DNA of 63,289 bases, counting the filler, from Platydemus manokwari (lineage: Eukaryota): assembly GCA_037951405.1 (NCBI GenBank). It is 5 parts of 5 records of this genome, joined end to end, with 100 filler letters (N's around TTAATTAATTAA, not from the genome) between each part and the next. Parts side by side here need not be neighbours in the genome. Positions count along the whole stretch, not along the records: positions 40,969 to 54,042 come from JBBMOY011852499.1; positions 54,143 to 63,289 come from JBBMOY011292873.1; 3 more parts are not named here. One strand, 5' to 3'. Positions 49,511 through 62,059 of this stretch are shown here, one piece after another; the first letter of the stretch is position 1; each line of letters begins with the position of its first letter. The notes under the pieces were generated by a model, which was given only the letters and a program-made list of their open reading frames with translations, ran no database searches and was not told the DNA's origin. Position numbers and translations under genes: made by a program.

Positions 49511-51989
49511 TCAAGCCTTCGTCGCTAATATTGATTCGGCTTCATCAATTTTGGCAAGCAAAGCACGAACATCCTCATCAAGTTCCTCCAGTTTGGAGCT
49601 CGTGAAATTCTTCATGACTGCTTGAACTGATTTGACAGCCAATTTTGCTGACGAATGATTGACGTCATAATCGATTGATCTGTCCACCAATCGCAATGCA
49701 GCAATAATCACTCGTTTGCACTGTGCCGGATCGAGCTCCCAGCCGGGTAAACACATGCCATGGTGAGCTCTCGACAAGCATTGGAGCACTTTGACCTTGA
49801 TTTCTTCTGATTGGTCGGCTTCACGGGCCAGTAAATCGGCATAGATTGTCCAGATTCGAGGATCTCGCCCATCCTTGCTAGCGATTCTCGCAAAAAGCTC
49901 CTTCAGCTTTGGAAGCAGCTTGTCTCCACCCTCAACAGTGCCATCAACGAACGCCCTCACCATGACGGCCAGCGTTGCTGGATCGCGATGTTGCTCCTTC
50001 AAATCCATCACTCGGTGGTAGCCCTTGATCGTCATGGTGAAATCACCGACAGAGGCCGACACAATGCAAATGTTATCCCAGACTCGCCAATTCTCGTAGC
50101 TGTACTTGGTGGCTTCCTTGAGCAGTGCCAGCGCGTTTTTCCTGAAAAAGAAGAGCCATCGTGATGCACAAAGCAGGAAAATCAATTCTTACGGCTCGCC
50201 AAGTTCGACGTGAGCGCTCGCGCAGTTATTCCAGGCCTCGAAATTCTAAAAAATCATCAATCGATCGACCGAACACGACACCACAAGGACTTACATCGGG
50301 CTCCAATCGTAGGCACTGCTTGAATCCATCGATCGCTTTGCGGTAGCTCTTCATCTGCAGACAGCAGCAGCCGTACGTGAACCACGTGTTCACCTGGAGC
50401 GTGTTGATGCGCAACGACGATTCGAAACATTCGCTGGCTCGCTCGTGATTCATGTCGACGAACATGAAGTGTATCGCCAAACTGCGCATCGCTCTCGCTG
50501 ATCTCTCCTTGGAAACGATCCAGGCGCGTTCGTAATGCGCTCTGTCTTTCGTGACGTCACCCAGACAACAGAGCAACTCAGCGGTTTCACCATCGGCTTC
50601 AATTCGCTCTCTAATCATTCGCTCGGCACGCTCACGCTGCCCAAGATGGATCAAGCAATCAATAATCGCTGGCCACTGATCCCAGGGCAAAAGCACATCG
50701 AGAGCGCTCTTTATCATGCCCATCGATGTGAGAACGCGAGCCAGTTTCAGCTGAAGCTCCCAAATGGAAGGCATTCGAGACAGGAAGAACCAATCGCGTC
50801 TGTGCTCGGCAGCCGGAATTGAATATGCGAACTGATTCGACAGTTCCTCCAGTTGCATCAGCGCTCGCTCAGTTCGTCTTGACGATTTCGTATTCAGCTG
50901 GCATCGCTGCAATAGCGCATCGCTCACCACTGGCCAAGTCGATTCTCTCGAGTTACCACTTCCGAGAGCTGTGGCGAGAATCGTGCTGCATTCCTCCATC
51001 GTCACTTCGTCTTTGGCGCGAGATAATTTGTGGATTTCGGCTTGTAAAACGAGCAACGCCTGCTCGGCTAAACTCGGTCTCGAGGTGACATTGAGATCGT
51101 CAACGAAGCTGGTCTCATCAAGAAGAACCTCATCATCGACCAGGTGATCATTGGGCAGATTCTTCGAGACAGATTTATTGAGGATATCATTGATGTTGCT
51201 GGCGCTGGAAACGTTTTCACGACGAACTTCGAGATATAACTGGCTGACATTGTCCACCTGGAATCGTGTTCGCTTGCCGAGAGCTCCTTTCAATTCAGTG
51301 GAGATGCCCAACAGCGATTGGCATTGATGGAATAATTGCTCGGAAAGGCGATATTCGTAATAAATCAAATGGAGATGACTCGCCAAAATCAATAATTGAA
51401 ACTCGTCCAACTCGTCAATCAAGCCGTCAGTATCGCTTTTTTTGCATTCGACAGCCTGTTTGAAGCATTCTTGCATTTGAGATTTCAATCGGCTTGAGCG
51501 CTCATCACGCAACGTTGCTTGGTGGAAATAAATGCATTTCAGATAATTTAGGCAACTTTTATAAATCTAATAATCATTATTTTTATTGGATTTCTTTTAC
51601 AAATAAATACGCTTTTTATGTTTGTGGTTTGACGCATTTTTTCCGAGACACATTTGGCAATCCACAACAAAATCAGGCCTTTGGTTTTGACAAATGGCAC
51701 TTCACCTTCGCATGTCAAATCGTCTGATATGAATTTTAAAATTTCTGATGAAGCATTTACTGATTCTTCAATTTTGCTATCAACGGGACCCGTAAAGTTC
51801 AACTGCAGAAACAGTTCGATACAATTGTCACAAATTTGTGATGGAGTAAAATTACTAAAAGGTATTTAGCAATAAATTTTTCATATTAATTTTAAAGAAC
51901 CTTTCTAGAATTAAATTAAATATAATTGAATCGTCTAGTTTTGATGACAGTGAAACTGTTCTAATAAAATTTAAAAATTCGTCTGACAT
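49511..51989 (-). CDS. TTC27: Tetratricopeptide repeat protein 27 (Emw1 family), 5 exons, 762 aa
   Basis: Exons 51901-51989, 51611-51854, 50295-51566, 50193-50245 and 49511-50141, with phase-consistent GT-AG introns of 46, 44, 49 and 51 bp. Family signatures FLQLNFTGP, LKGALGKRTRFQ, ERALMQLEEL, SARAMRSL, WFTYGC, EAWNN and YENWRVWDN. Confidence 0.93.
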
Positions 51990-53355
51990 CTAAAATTGTT
52001 GTGTGATAAAAGAAAATTTATTATTATTGAATCACGCAAATTTTAAAATTAATAAGAATATTTAAACAAAGTACCAATGATAAATACATTATTTAATCTT
52101 TAACAGATTTGTGCCAACTGAATGCTATTAAATTATATCCATACGTATGTACAAGCATTAAAATAACATAATCTAATTTTACTTTTGATTTACTTATAAA
52201 TAGAGATTAAAAATTTTTAATTTAAAAACTTATTATAATTTTTTTTTAAATTGTACTTGAAAATTTGCTTTGGGCTGGTTTGCTTTTTTATAACATTTAT
52301 TTGCTCACGAAATTATTAAGAATATATACTGATGACAACAGTTTACTACAGAAAATAGTTGTTTTTGCTCAATGAATGTTATTTATATTTTTAATATTTC
52401 TAATTTTTTATTCATCTGATTTCTTATTTAATTTAAATCATACTTTTTATTTTTGTTAATACTCTATAATTATAATAAAATATGATTTATATTGAAATTA
52501 ACATTATTTTACATAATAACAAAATAATTTTTCAAATATAATAAAATAGCTGCCATACCAATTTAATATTTGGATATTTCGATTGACTGTAAATTATTGA
52601 TTACATTTATATTTGTCATTAGATCAATAGTGGATTATTCTATATAAAATTTTGTCTTCTGATTTATTTATTAAAATGGTCATTAAATTTATTTGATTTC
52701 AAGTCAGATTTATCTTATACAAACTTCGGTGTTGGATAAGTACATAAAAATAAGATCTAATAAAAATATCTAAAACGGATTCAGAGTATTTAATTGTAAA
52801 CAATGATAATTTGAAAACGAGTCTATTTGACTATGATGTTATTACACAATTTTAGTTGATGCACTTTCAGTTTTGTTACCTTTAATTGATCTCCTCGAGT
52901 TTATCAATCATTTTATGATTTTCAAATAATAAAATAAAATAATTTAATTTTAATTGTGATCAAGAATTTAAAATTTCAAATTAATGTACCGGTTTTGTGC
53001 TCTTTTTTTTAGCTTATAGTTTTTAAAAAATATAAATGTGTTACAGTATCGTTTGACTAAAAGTTATTTTGGAAGAAGAGAGCAATAACATAATGAAAGT
53101 TTGCAATTTAATTATCACTTTATTAGGATAGAGTATCCATTTTTCAACTGTTTTGTAAAACCTGGAAGAAACACTATTAAATTGTCACACAATTACATGA
53201 AGAGACAATAGCTCTATCACTTACCGACGACTTTTATTTTAATAAGATATATGGTTTCGACGACTACTCTCAGTCACCAGTTGTATACAATTTTATCTTT
53301 GATTATTATCTCTTTTGTGTAGATAGAAAAAAGTATTAAGTTAAGTGAATTTCAG

Positions 53356-53573
53356 TCATCTGTTGAGTCTGATGAAATTCTGATAAAATAAAAACGAATT
53401 TGCACCCTTTGGTCTTTGTTTGAGCACTATAAACATCTGCATGCTTGCACAACCACACAGTATGGCAACCAGCCAACCACAGTGGTTGTTAGATGATAAA
53501 CGACAATTGTAAAAGGGAGCATAACCACACAACAACAAACACATAGGGATTGACCAATCCACTTCAGAAAAAT
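53356..53573 (-). pseudogene. Degenerate Ser/Thr kinase fragment (CAMK group, MNK-like)
   Basis: DWSIPMCLLLCGYAPFY resembles subdomain IX (D.WS.G..LYILL.GYPPF). It is followed by HCGW....C, like the MNK Cys insert (CGW....C..C). Spacing is corrupted. Confidence 0.4.
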
Positions 53574-53968
53574 CTTAAAAATCAATAGGATCATGGAAAA
53601 GCAAAGATCGAATTAAAATGTAACACATATGACACAAAAAATTACACATAAATCTCGAATATAAATATCGATACACAGATGGAAGTCAAGTTCTTTGTTG
53701 ATATTTTGTCAAGCATGTCAAGTCTTGTTACGTGTAATTTATTCCAGTGCAATTATTTTATGTCACTAAGAACGGTCATTAGCTAATGCACCAATTTCAT
53801 TGTCCTTTAAATTATATGCATATATATATAATCTATATTGTGCTAGATAATTATACTTTTGTTTTATTTTGATTATAATTACTGTTATTGTGATGAAATT
53901 AAACAATAGATGACCATATTTTAAGTAAAATTATGACTGATACTTTTTAGACTAATGGATTCATAATA

Positions 53969-54042
53969 CTGTAAAATCCCGTGTATAAGCTGCAGATGAC
54001 ATTTTTATAAAAATGTATTTTTTAGTCGTATAAACTACAGCA
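53969..54042 (+). mobile_element. pogo/Tc1-mariner-like terminal sequence at contig end
   Basis: TA followed by CTGTAAAATCCCGTGTATAAGCTGCA resembles CCGTA...CGTGTATAAG.CGCA pogo-type TIRs. The partner TIR is not in view. Confidence 0.45.
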
Positions 54043-54142
54043 NNNNNNNNNNNNNNNNNNNNNNNNNNNNNNNNNNNNNNNNNNNNTTAATTAATTAANN
54101 NNNNNNNNNNNNNNNNNNNNNNNNNNNNNNNNNNNNNNNNNN
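54043..54142. other. Assembly gap with TTAATTAATTAA linker (54087-54098)
   Basis: Read directly. Confidence 0.97.
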
Positions 54143-56122
54143 TGTTCAGCGTTATAACAATTTGTGTTAATAAAATACCTGCATAAAAACATGAATAACT
54201 TTTGACTCAACCTGGTAGTAGTAATTTATATTTGTGTATAAAATTAGTAATTTGTATTATGTAGGAAATTTTTTATATTTTTATAAATGTATCATTTCGG
54301 TTAAGGCAAGCTGAACAATGTTTTAGTTAATGTAACAATCTATATTTGGAAGAAATGTTTATAATTCGATACAATTTGAAAAAGACTTGTTACATTTCAG
54401 TTTTTCGATACACTTTAAAGTTGTATCGTTTTTACCACTTTTAGTCTGTTTAATTATTTGTGTTAAAGACCAAAAGATAGTTGATTTAAAATAATATATT
54501 GTTAAGTTTAGACCTACACTAACTCAACTGCTTGGTTAACTTCTTATCTGACTCCTATACTATAACCGGTGCACACTAAGATAAAACAATACAATCTTCT
54601 TGAAATATATTTTTAACTCAACATACACCGTAAATATTCAACAGGGAACACAAGTCCCTAAAAGTTTAGTTAATAAATCGAGGACTGGGTCTTGGTACTT
54701 CTCATGAATACCTTACCACAAAATCTACTCCTGGTTAATATTACACTACAATATTTTACTTCTAACTGGCTTAGCGCGCTGCTAAAACCGATACAAAGAT
54801 ACTTATATTATACACTACTCCCTTACATCTACACTGGTTGTAGGGCAAAATATACTACTGTTAATAGAAAACATCTTACCACTTGAAGTTTTACATTTGA
54901 ATGGTGAAAATAAAGATTTAACTCGCTCTTTATATACTTATTTCTCTATGCACCTCCCTCATGTGCATATCTGATTGGTTTATAATTTCTTCGTCCAGTT
55001 ACCGAATTTAACCGGTAATTGTTTAATTTAAAACCCAAATTCCTTTATAATTACTAATTTTGATATTTTTTAAAAATAAAGAAAACTAAACTCATTTATT
55101 ATTACGGGAATTAATTATTTATAAACTAAATTCATCAATTATGATAACTTGTCTGGTCTCAGCTAATATTGCTACCGGGCATTTGTAGAACGTTAGGATT
55201 TATTGTATGAAACTTATTTTATTTTATGGGTTAGTTTATTTTATTATCTTCTCATTAACTTTATCTGTTTATTTATATCTTTATGTTTCTTTCACGTTAT
55301 TGCGTCGTATTTTATGTTTTAATTTTGTATTCTGAATTCATCAATATAAATAATTAAATAAAATATTGGTTTTTGGCATAAAAGGAAAAAGGGAAAGAAT
55401 ATGAAATAAATATTCTTAATAATAAAATCATATAGTTATAGTTAAATATTAAACATTGAAGGGAATTCCTCGGGGAATTAAATAATATTGTTTCGAAATA
55501 AATCAATAAAACATGAAGAATAAATTTGATGTAAATGGAAGTTCAAAACATCAGAACCTGCCCATTTGCAACCATCAGGAAAGATTTGTGGAAGCCCATT
55601 AATTTACTGAAACCACTAGCTCGTAGTGCGTTATAAAAAAAGAGTATTGTTAGAATATTGCTCGTTAACAGTTTATGCCATTTGCCAATATTTAATTTGC
55701 CGTTACCAAGCATAGTAAGTTCGATTGTTCAGTAAACAACTGATTGTTACTATAGTATTTTATCTTATATTATCCGGCTATAGAGCTGTGCTCACCAAAC
55801 ACTCTGAAGAGAGGTAACTTAGTTTTACTCCTAGAGTTGGGTGTATTAACCGTCTTTTAATTTGCAATTGTAAGCTAGCCTCTATATAATTTCCAATATG
55901 CTTGAACAAATCGAATCGAACAAATAGTCTTAATCAATGATTCTGTTAATAATATATTGATTTCAAATTTAGTTTTAATAACAGTAATGACATAATAATT
56001 ATGTTGTTTATACTTCATAAAAATATATTATTAATTTATTACAAAATTTCAGTCTAGATGATTCAAATATGTTTTAATTTTAATTTTATTGTCAATCAAA
56101 TTTTATAAAATTGAAATTTTCT

Positions 56123-58024
56123 TTACCATCCTACTCGGATATTTAGTCTAGTATTTTCATTTTTTAACCACTTGTACAGAGGTTCAAAAAACTTCATCAG
56201 TGATTTAGATTGAATATCTTCTTGTCCAGTCAGAATTTTTATTGTTTCTCTCCAGTGTTGACTTTTACCTTGTTTCAACATTTCCAATAATTTTGATCCT
56301 GCTACTTTCGATTTATAAAAGTCACATCGATGTAAAGGGCCTTCATATCCACTCAATTTACACATTGATTCATAGAATTGGAATTGTATTATGAAACTAA
56401 CGAAATATCGAATATATGGAACACCAAATGCAATATGATATTTTGCACCTGGATCGAAATCATTTTCTGATCTTTCCACTGGCGGTTTCAATCCTTGATA
56501 TTTGTAACGTAAATCCCACCAATGTTTATTAAGGTCAGATATCGGTACAGATCCATTATAAACACCCCATATATAACTATCCATAGTTAATGCAAAAGGT
56601 AAAAATACAACTCTTTCCAAAGCTGTAATCATCAAATAATCGATATCGAAATCTTCACATTGTGGAATTCTATCAATAAGACCGATATTATAAAGATGTT
56701 TAGGAGTTTTGACAGATAATGCGATTGTATCTCCGATTGATTCGTGAAAACCTGGATTAGCTGACCCTCTATATAATATTGGTAAATGTCGATAAGCCAT
56801 AAAATATTCAATATGTCCCATTTCGTGATGAATTATTGTAAAATCATTAATATTTTTTTTGGTACACATTTTTATGCGAAAATCTTCACCATTTGATAAA
56901 TCATGTGCAGAACCGTGACAATTGACGATACGGTCTGCAGGTTGTTCCAGAACACTGCGTTCCCAAAATTTGTCAGTCATTCTATACATTCCTATTGATT
57001 CATAGAATTGTTCCGCTATTTCAAACATTTTTTTGACTGATAATTGTTGAAGATTATCATTTACTTTTTTTTGATAATCATAGGTTGGTTTGATTCCACT
57101 ACAATTTTTGATAATTGGAAATATATTAGTCCATTGTTGTCCCCAAACATTTCCAAATAAATGAGCGGGTATTGGTCCATTACTATCAAATCTTCCGGGA
57201 TAATGTTTCAGAAGACAATATCTCACATAACCATGTAATTCTTTATAAAGCGGTAAAATACTTTCATAAAGATTCATCACAGTATCCTTAAAATCTTTAT
57301 CATCGAAATCAATATCAACAATACATGAAGCAGCATCACTGCAACCATTTTCTTTTGCTCTAATATTTTCAAAATTCATTCGGTCAATGAATAACTGTCT
57401 GATTGGAGCTCCAGTAAAATTTCTCCAACTACTCCAATATTCTGACAATTTATCATAATCTTTTTCAGATTGAAACACTTTGGTAATTTCGGTAAAGTTA
57501 GGTCGCGCTTTATTATATATAGAATTAATATTTTTATTTATTTCGTAAAGTTTCTCAGAAATGGATTCATTCTTGCTTTTAAATTTTGGAGATAATATTT
57601 GAAATTTTCTTCTGATTTCTGGATTACGAAATTCTTTCCATTGAAATTTTTCAATTTTTGATTGAAAATTTCTTTCAATTTTAATATATTTTATTCTAAA
57701 TTCATTAATGATGTCGGAAGTCTCGTTGATTTCTTTTGTTAAAAATCGATATTTTATATTTTCTAATCGATTTATATTTCGAATTATATATTCATTGGTT
57801 TCATTCAACCATTTTTCAGCACAATCCTCATTCGAATATTCATCACAAACTTCGGGATAATCTTCTAAAGGTGTTAATTGCAAATAACTATCGAATATCT
57901 TTGATTTTTTATCAATATCATCGGAAATGATTTGATTGGTATTGTTTAAAATTTCAGATTTTATGGATTTCATCTCACTAATTATTAGCAAGACCCATGC
58001 GAGTAATTTCAAATTTAATTTCAT
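56123..58024 (-). CDS. ACE: Angiotensin-converting enzyme-like peptidyl-dipeptidase (peptidase M2), single domain, secreted, intronless
   Basis: Hydrophobic N-terminal signal, IPAHLFGNVWGQQW, CHGSA, FRIKMCT, zinc motif HHEMGH (HEMGH at 56813-56827), third ligand in ANPGFHESIGD, and FDPGAKYHI...PYIRYF. It ends RVGW* with no transmembrane anchor. Confidence 0.97.
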   Translation of the reverse strand: MKLNLKLLAWVLLIISEMKSIKSEILNNTNQIISDDIDKKSKIFDSYLQLTPLEDYPEVCDEYSNEDCAEKWLNETNEYIIRNINRLENIKYRFLTKEINETSDIINEFRIKYIKIERNFQSKIEKFQWKEFRNPEIRRKFQILSPKFKSKNESISEKLYEINKNINSIYNKARPNFTEITKVFQSEKDYDKLSEYWSSWRNFTGAPIRQLFIDRMNFENIRAKENGCSDAASCIVDIDFDDKDFKDTVMNLYESILPLYKELHGYVRYCLLKHYPGRFDSNGPIPAHLFGNVWGQQWTNIFPIIKNCSGIKPTYDYQKKVNDNLQQLSVKKMFEIAEQFYESIGMYRMTDKFWERSVLEQPADRIVNCHGSAHDLSNGEDFRIKMCTKKNINDFTIIHHEMGHIEYFMAYRHLPILYRGSANPGFHESIGDTIALSVKTPKHLYNIGLIDRIPQCEDFDIDYLMITALERVVFLPFALTMDSYIWGVYNGSVPISDLNKHWWDLRYKYQGLKPPVERSENDFDPGAKYHIAFGVPYIRYFVSFIIQFQFYESMCKLSGYEGPLHRCDFYKSKVAGSKLLEMLKQGKSQHWRETIKILTGQEDIQSKSLMKFFEPLYKWLKNENTRLNIRVGW

Positions 58025-59169
58025 GTCAAATTATAGAATTTCTTGCATTTCATTTCATATTTATTCATTCACGAAACTGATGTGTGCATAAATTCTTAAC
58101 CAATAGAATAATAATCAATATGATTGTTTAAAAATCAAAGCTTTTTTAGTTTAATTTAGTTCAGTTGATTGAATGTCTAAAATTTTTATAAATCAATAAA
58201 ATTTACTAAAATTCATTTAAAAATCAATAATGATTTCATAATATAAAATATATAAAATATTGATTTTTATTTATTAGATTTCGATTGAATTTTTATACAA
58301 TGTAAAGTATGTTTTATCAGGAATACCAAAATTTAAACAATTATTTGGAAATGATAAAAGAATCAATAATAATAAAATTAAATAATTCTAATTATTCAAT
58401 GAATGAAGTACATTTTTATCTTTCATTCCAAAATCAGTTTGAACCTTATTTAGCTTATATAAATTTTGGTAAAGTATTTCGAATTATACTTTAATTAAGT
58501 TTGAAATATTTTCAAATTTTATATTCTATATTTGATATCGATCTAAGTGCCCAAGAAAATTTTGGACCAAATCAATTTTGTGATTAATAGATGTATTATA
58601 ATCATTGAAATCGATAGTAATAATAAATTAAAATGTAAATCCTATTGTTGCATTCTTGAGGAAGTGATTTGACATATAATTTGTAGGTGTAAAAATGATT
58701 TTCGATCAGTTGTTGATATGCATTCTGCTGCATTTAATGAGAAATGCCTAAGGCTCACGAAAAATTAAGTGAAGGAATTAAATGAAAGAAAAGCCTTTTA
58801 TAATTTCTAAAAATAAGTTCTCAAGAATATTTCCATTGAAACATATATTTGAAACTTTAGAGATCTACAATCGATTATTTTTGATGATGATTAAATTAAC
58901 CCTAAATAAAAAAAGAGATTTTATGAAAATATTTTTCGGAACAAAATGATAGGAGAATTAACTATTAAATAACAGGAATTTCCGATGCCTGAATTAACTT
59001 TAAATCCCAAAAGTAAACTTGAATTATTGAAAAGATAACAAACTGATAAAGCAATCCAAGTTATTATTTATTCCAAATATTAGAAATGATATGGATATTA
59101 AGTAAAAACATAGTTTGCTTTCATTAAAATTTATTTATTTTAAAATCTTTCAATATCAAAACAAAACTC

Positions 59170-62056
59170 ATTTTTATCTTACTTCCTCTAATGTTGTTTT
59201 AGAGATATTTTTAGTCACTTAATTCTTTTGGCTGTTCCTGGAAATCAAGAAGCACTTGATGTGGGTTTAGGAATTTCAAAATTTTGTAATCTTTATAACA
59301 ATCTCTGTTCTTCTTTATCTTGTGTGGTTATTTCTTCACTAAAACTTCTTCTCTAACCGTGAAATTTCTACAACCTCTTTTATTAGCATCGAATTTCGAT
59401 AAGTCTGTGAATATTGATTTTAGATAGTTTTCCGTTCCTTCGATGGCATGGTAGTAGTTATTTGGTTCATTTGGTCGTAACCCAGGCATATTAATTCTTC
59501 ATCCAAACAATATTTCAAAAGGAAAATTTCTAATTGAGCTCTGATATGTTGCATTGATGATAAATTCTATCCCAGGTAATTATTTATTCGCAGTTTGTTT
59601 CTCTGACTCAATCGTTGTTGTAACCATGTTTCGAACCGTCCAAATAATTCTTTCAGCTAAGCCGTTTACCTGATGTTGATATGGGGAGGTAAATTCTTAA
59701 TTTATTCTCAAACGTTTAGCTAAGTCCTTCATTTCCTATCCCTTGAAGAATCTACCCCGATCATTGAGCATTGATTTTGGAGCACCATACCTATATATCC
59801 ATTTATCGATGATGGAATTCGAAATACTTGTTTCATCTTGTCGAATAAATGGCACTAAGCTTACTAACTTACTGAATCTATCTACAATAAGCAACAGATA
59901 TTTGGTTTTAGTCATGAATTCTCCAAAGTGAGCAATATAAATAATTATCTGGTTATAGGAGACCAAACTCTTCACTGGAAATCATAATTTCTTTAGTCCG
60001 TCCAGTGTCTACATTCCGTTTAGCACAAATATCACAATTCCGCACTTTGTTTTCGATGTTTCGAGACATATTTGACCAGAGATAAATCTTTGAACATAAT
60101 CGACCATTTTCTTATTACAAATGTGACAGAAATTCTCTTTTCCATTCTCATGATACATTAACAAATTCCCATAAAATTCGTATTTCTATAAACTGTTAAA
60201 ATATTGGCTTTTCTTGACTGCCAAATTGTCTCCTGCTTCCTTTTTTTGTAAAAATTTTCGAAAGAAACCAATGACAATATCTACCTGATGAATATTCCTT
60301 AGTTCGTCATTATTTGTAATATAATGCTCTACAACATTGCCTACTCTGACCAAAACGCTTAAACAAGCCTTGATAGTCCATCCACATGTCAATGATCTGA
60401 TCCCTTCGGATATATTGAAGTTCGAAATTAAATCCGGATAAGTTTGCAAACCATGTTTGAAACTGACGGCTAATCGGTTTGTTAATTTTTTGTGATCTGT
60501 GCGAGTCACAAATTGCTTTCCCACATTATAATGTTTAAAGTGTATAGCGAACTCGTGAATTGCTAAAAGCTCCTTTCTCACCACGCAATAACCTTTTCAT
60601 GAGTGTTAGGATTTCTTGAAGCATAGGCTACTACTCTCACTTTTCCAGTGTCATTCAACTGGCTTGGAAATCCACCAATCGCTCCTAAACTAGCGTCAGT
60701 ATAAAATCCATCTATGTTTGAATCAGGAGAGCTCAAAACGGAGCTTTCCATAATAGTTCACTTCAGTTTCTTGTCACTTCCAGTCATCGTCGCATATAAT
60801 GAAGCAGTAATTAATGCGTGGTCTTTGGTAAATCATTCGTAATAATTGCATAATCATAAGAACGATCCCAACTGAGTGATGCAACCGGGTTTTATTGCTT
60901 CCTTATTTATCTTTACTTTGTCGTTATTAGTTTCTGCACAAACCGTATAACTCAGAAAATTCAATTTTCTAGTACCAAAATTATATTTTTCGAGAATGAT
61001 TTTCAATTTAATCGAGTTCCTCTACTGTTCTAACATACACTAAAATATCGTCCAGATAAACTAGAACGCCTTTGTAAATCAAATCGTTGAATATCATATT
61101 CATTAGAATCTGAAGCGTTGCATCTGAATCAACACATAATTTAAAGGTAGTCTTTTAAAACAGAAATGCCCAGTTTCAATGTTAAACGCGGTTTTCAAAT
61201 TAAAATTTCCACTTTGACTTGATAATACGCTTGGCCTAAATCTATCGTTGTGAAAACTGTGACTCCACATACTGAGACCAATAAACTTAACAATAGACCT
61301 AACACAATAACTTGATTCACTTTTGGTTTAAATATTAGCTTCACTTCCCTCGTCGAACTATTGTTACCAGGCTTTCTGGCTAAATGACATTCACTGAACG
61401 AACGTCTATCTTTTCCACATATCAAAAATTGTTTCGCAAGGAACATTTAAACTTACTATGTCAAACCTCACCTTGGCAAAATGAACTTCCTGAATTTTAA
61501 TAATCATTGTAAAATTTAGATGCAATAGCCTTCATTAATCTTGCTGGTCTCGTAATGTTTGGAGATTCCATGTGATTAAACGGTGCCCGACGATATTGCT
61601 TATCACCGCAATCTCTTTCCTGCACGATTGGACTTGACTTTTTCAACGAAGTTACATTCTAATAGGTATTTCTTGGATCATTTTTGAAATACTAACTGAT
61701 AATATTTTTTTGATGGCGTTTATCAGTTTCGTCGAAGTTAGCTTCTCAAATTTGACAGGCATCTCTTTTCTTCTATTTTCGGACATTGCTGGGTCAAGAG
61801 TAAAAGACTCTTTCAATTTCTTGACATTTAGGCTTTGCAGAATAAATAATCTTGAAATTTCTTCAAGAGTGTTTTTTTGTCAAACACCTCCAAAACTAGC
61901 TTTTTTACCCGAAGTTCATAACTGCGGTATTTTTCATTTGGTCTTTGTTGCATTATTGCCAAATCCTGAATCTTGTCGTACATTGCTTTGGCATGTGAGA
62001 AGGTTTCCAACAACCATTTATCAATCTCTTCATTTGAAATAGCTTCTTTATCCAAG
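59170..62056 (-). mobile_element. Decayed Gypsy LTR retrotransposon: gag, (protease deleted), RT, RNase H, integrase
   Basis: Gag with zinc-knuckle remnant ICGKDRRSFSECH; FTTIDLGQAYYQV; LVYLDDILV (YLDD at 61048-61059); YTDAS...VVAYASR...KELLAI...RTDHK; LIVDRFSK...YGAP...DRG...SPYQHQVNGLAER. The RT-RH-INT order indicates Gypsy. A purine tract lies near 59182-59189. Confidence 0.92.
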
Positions 62057-62059
62057 TTT

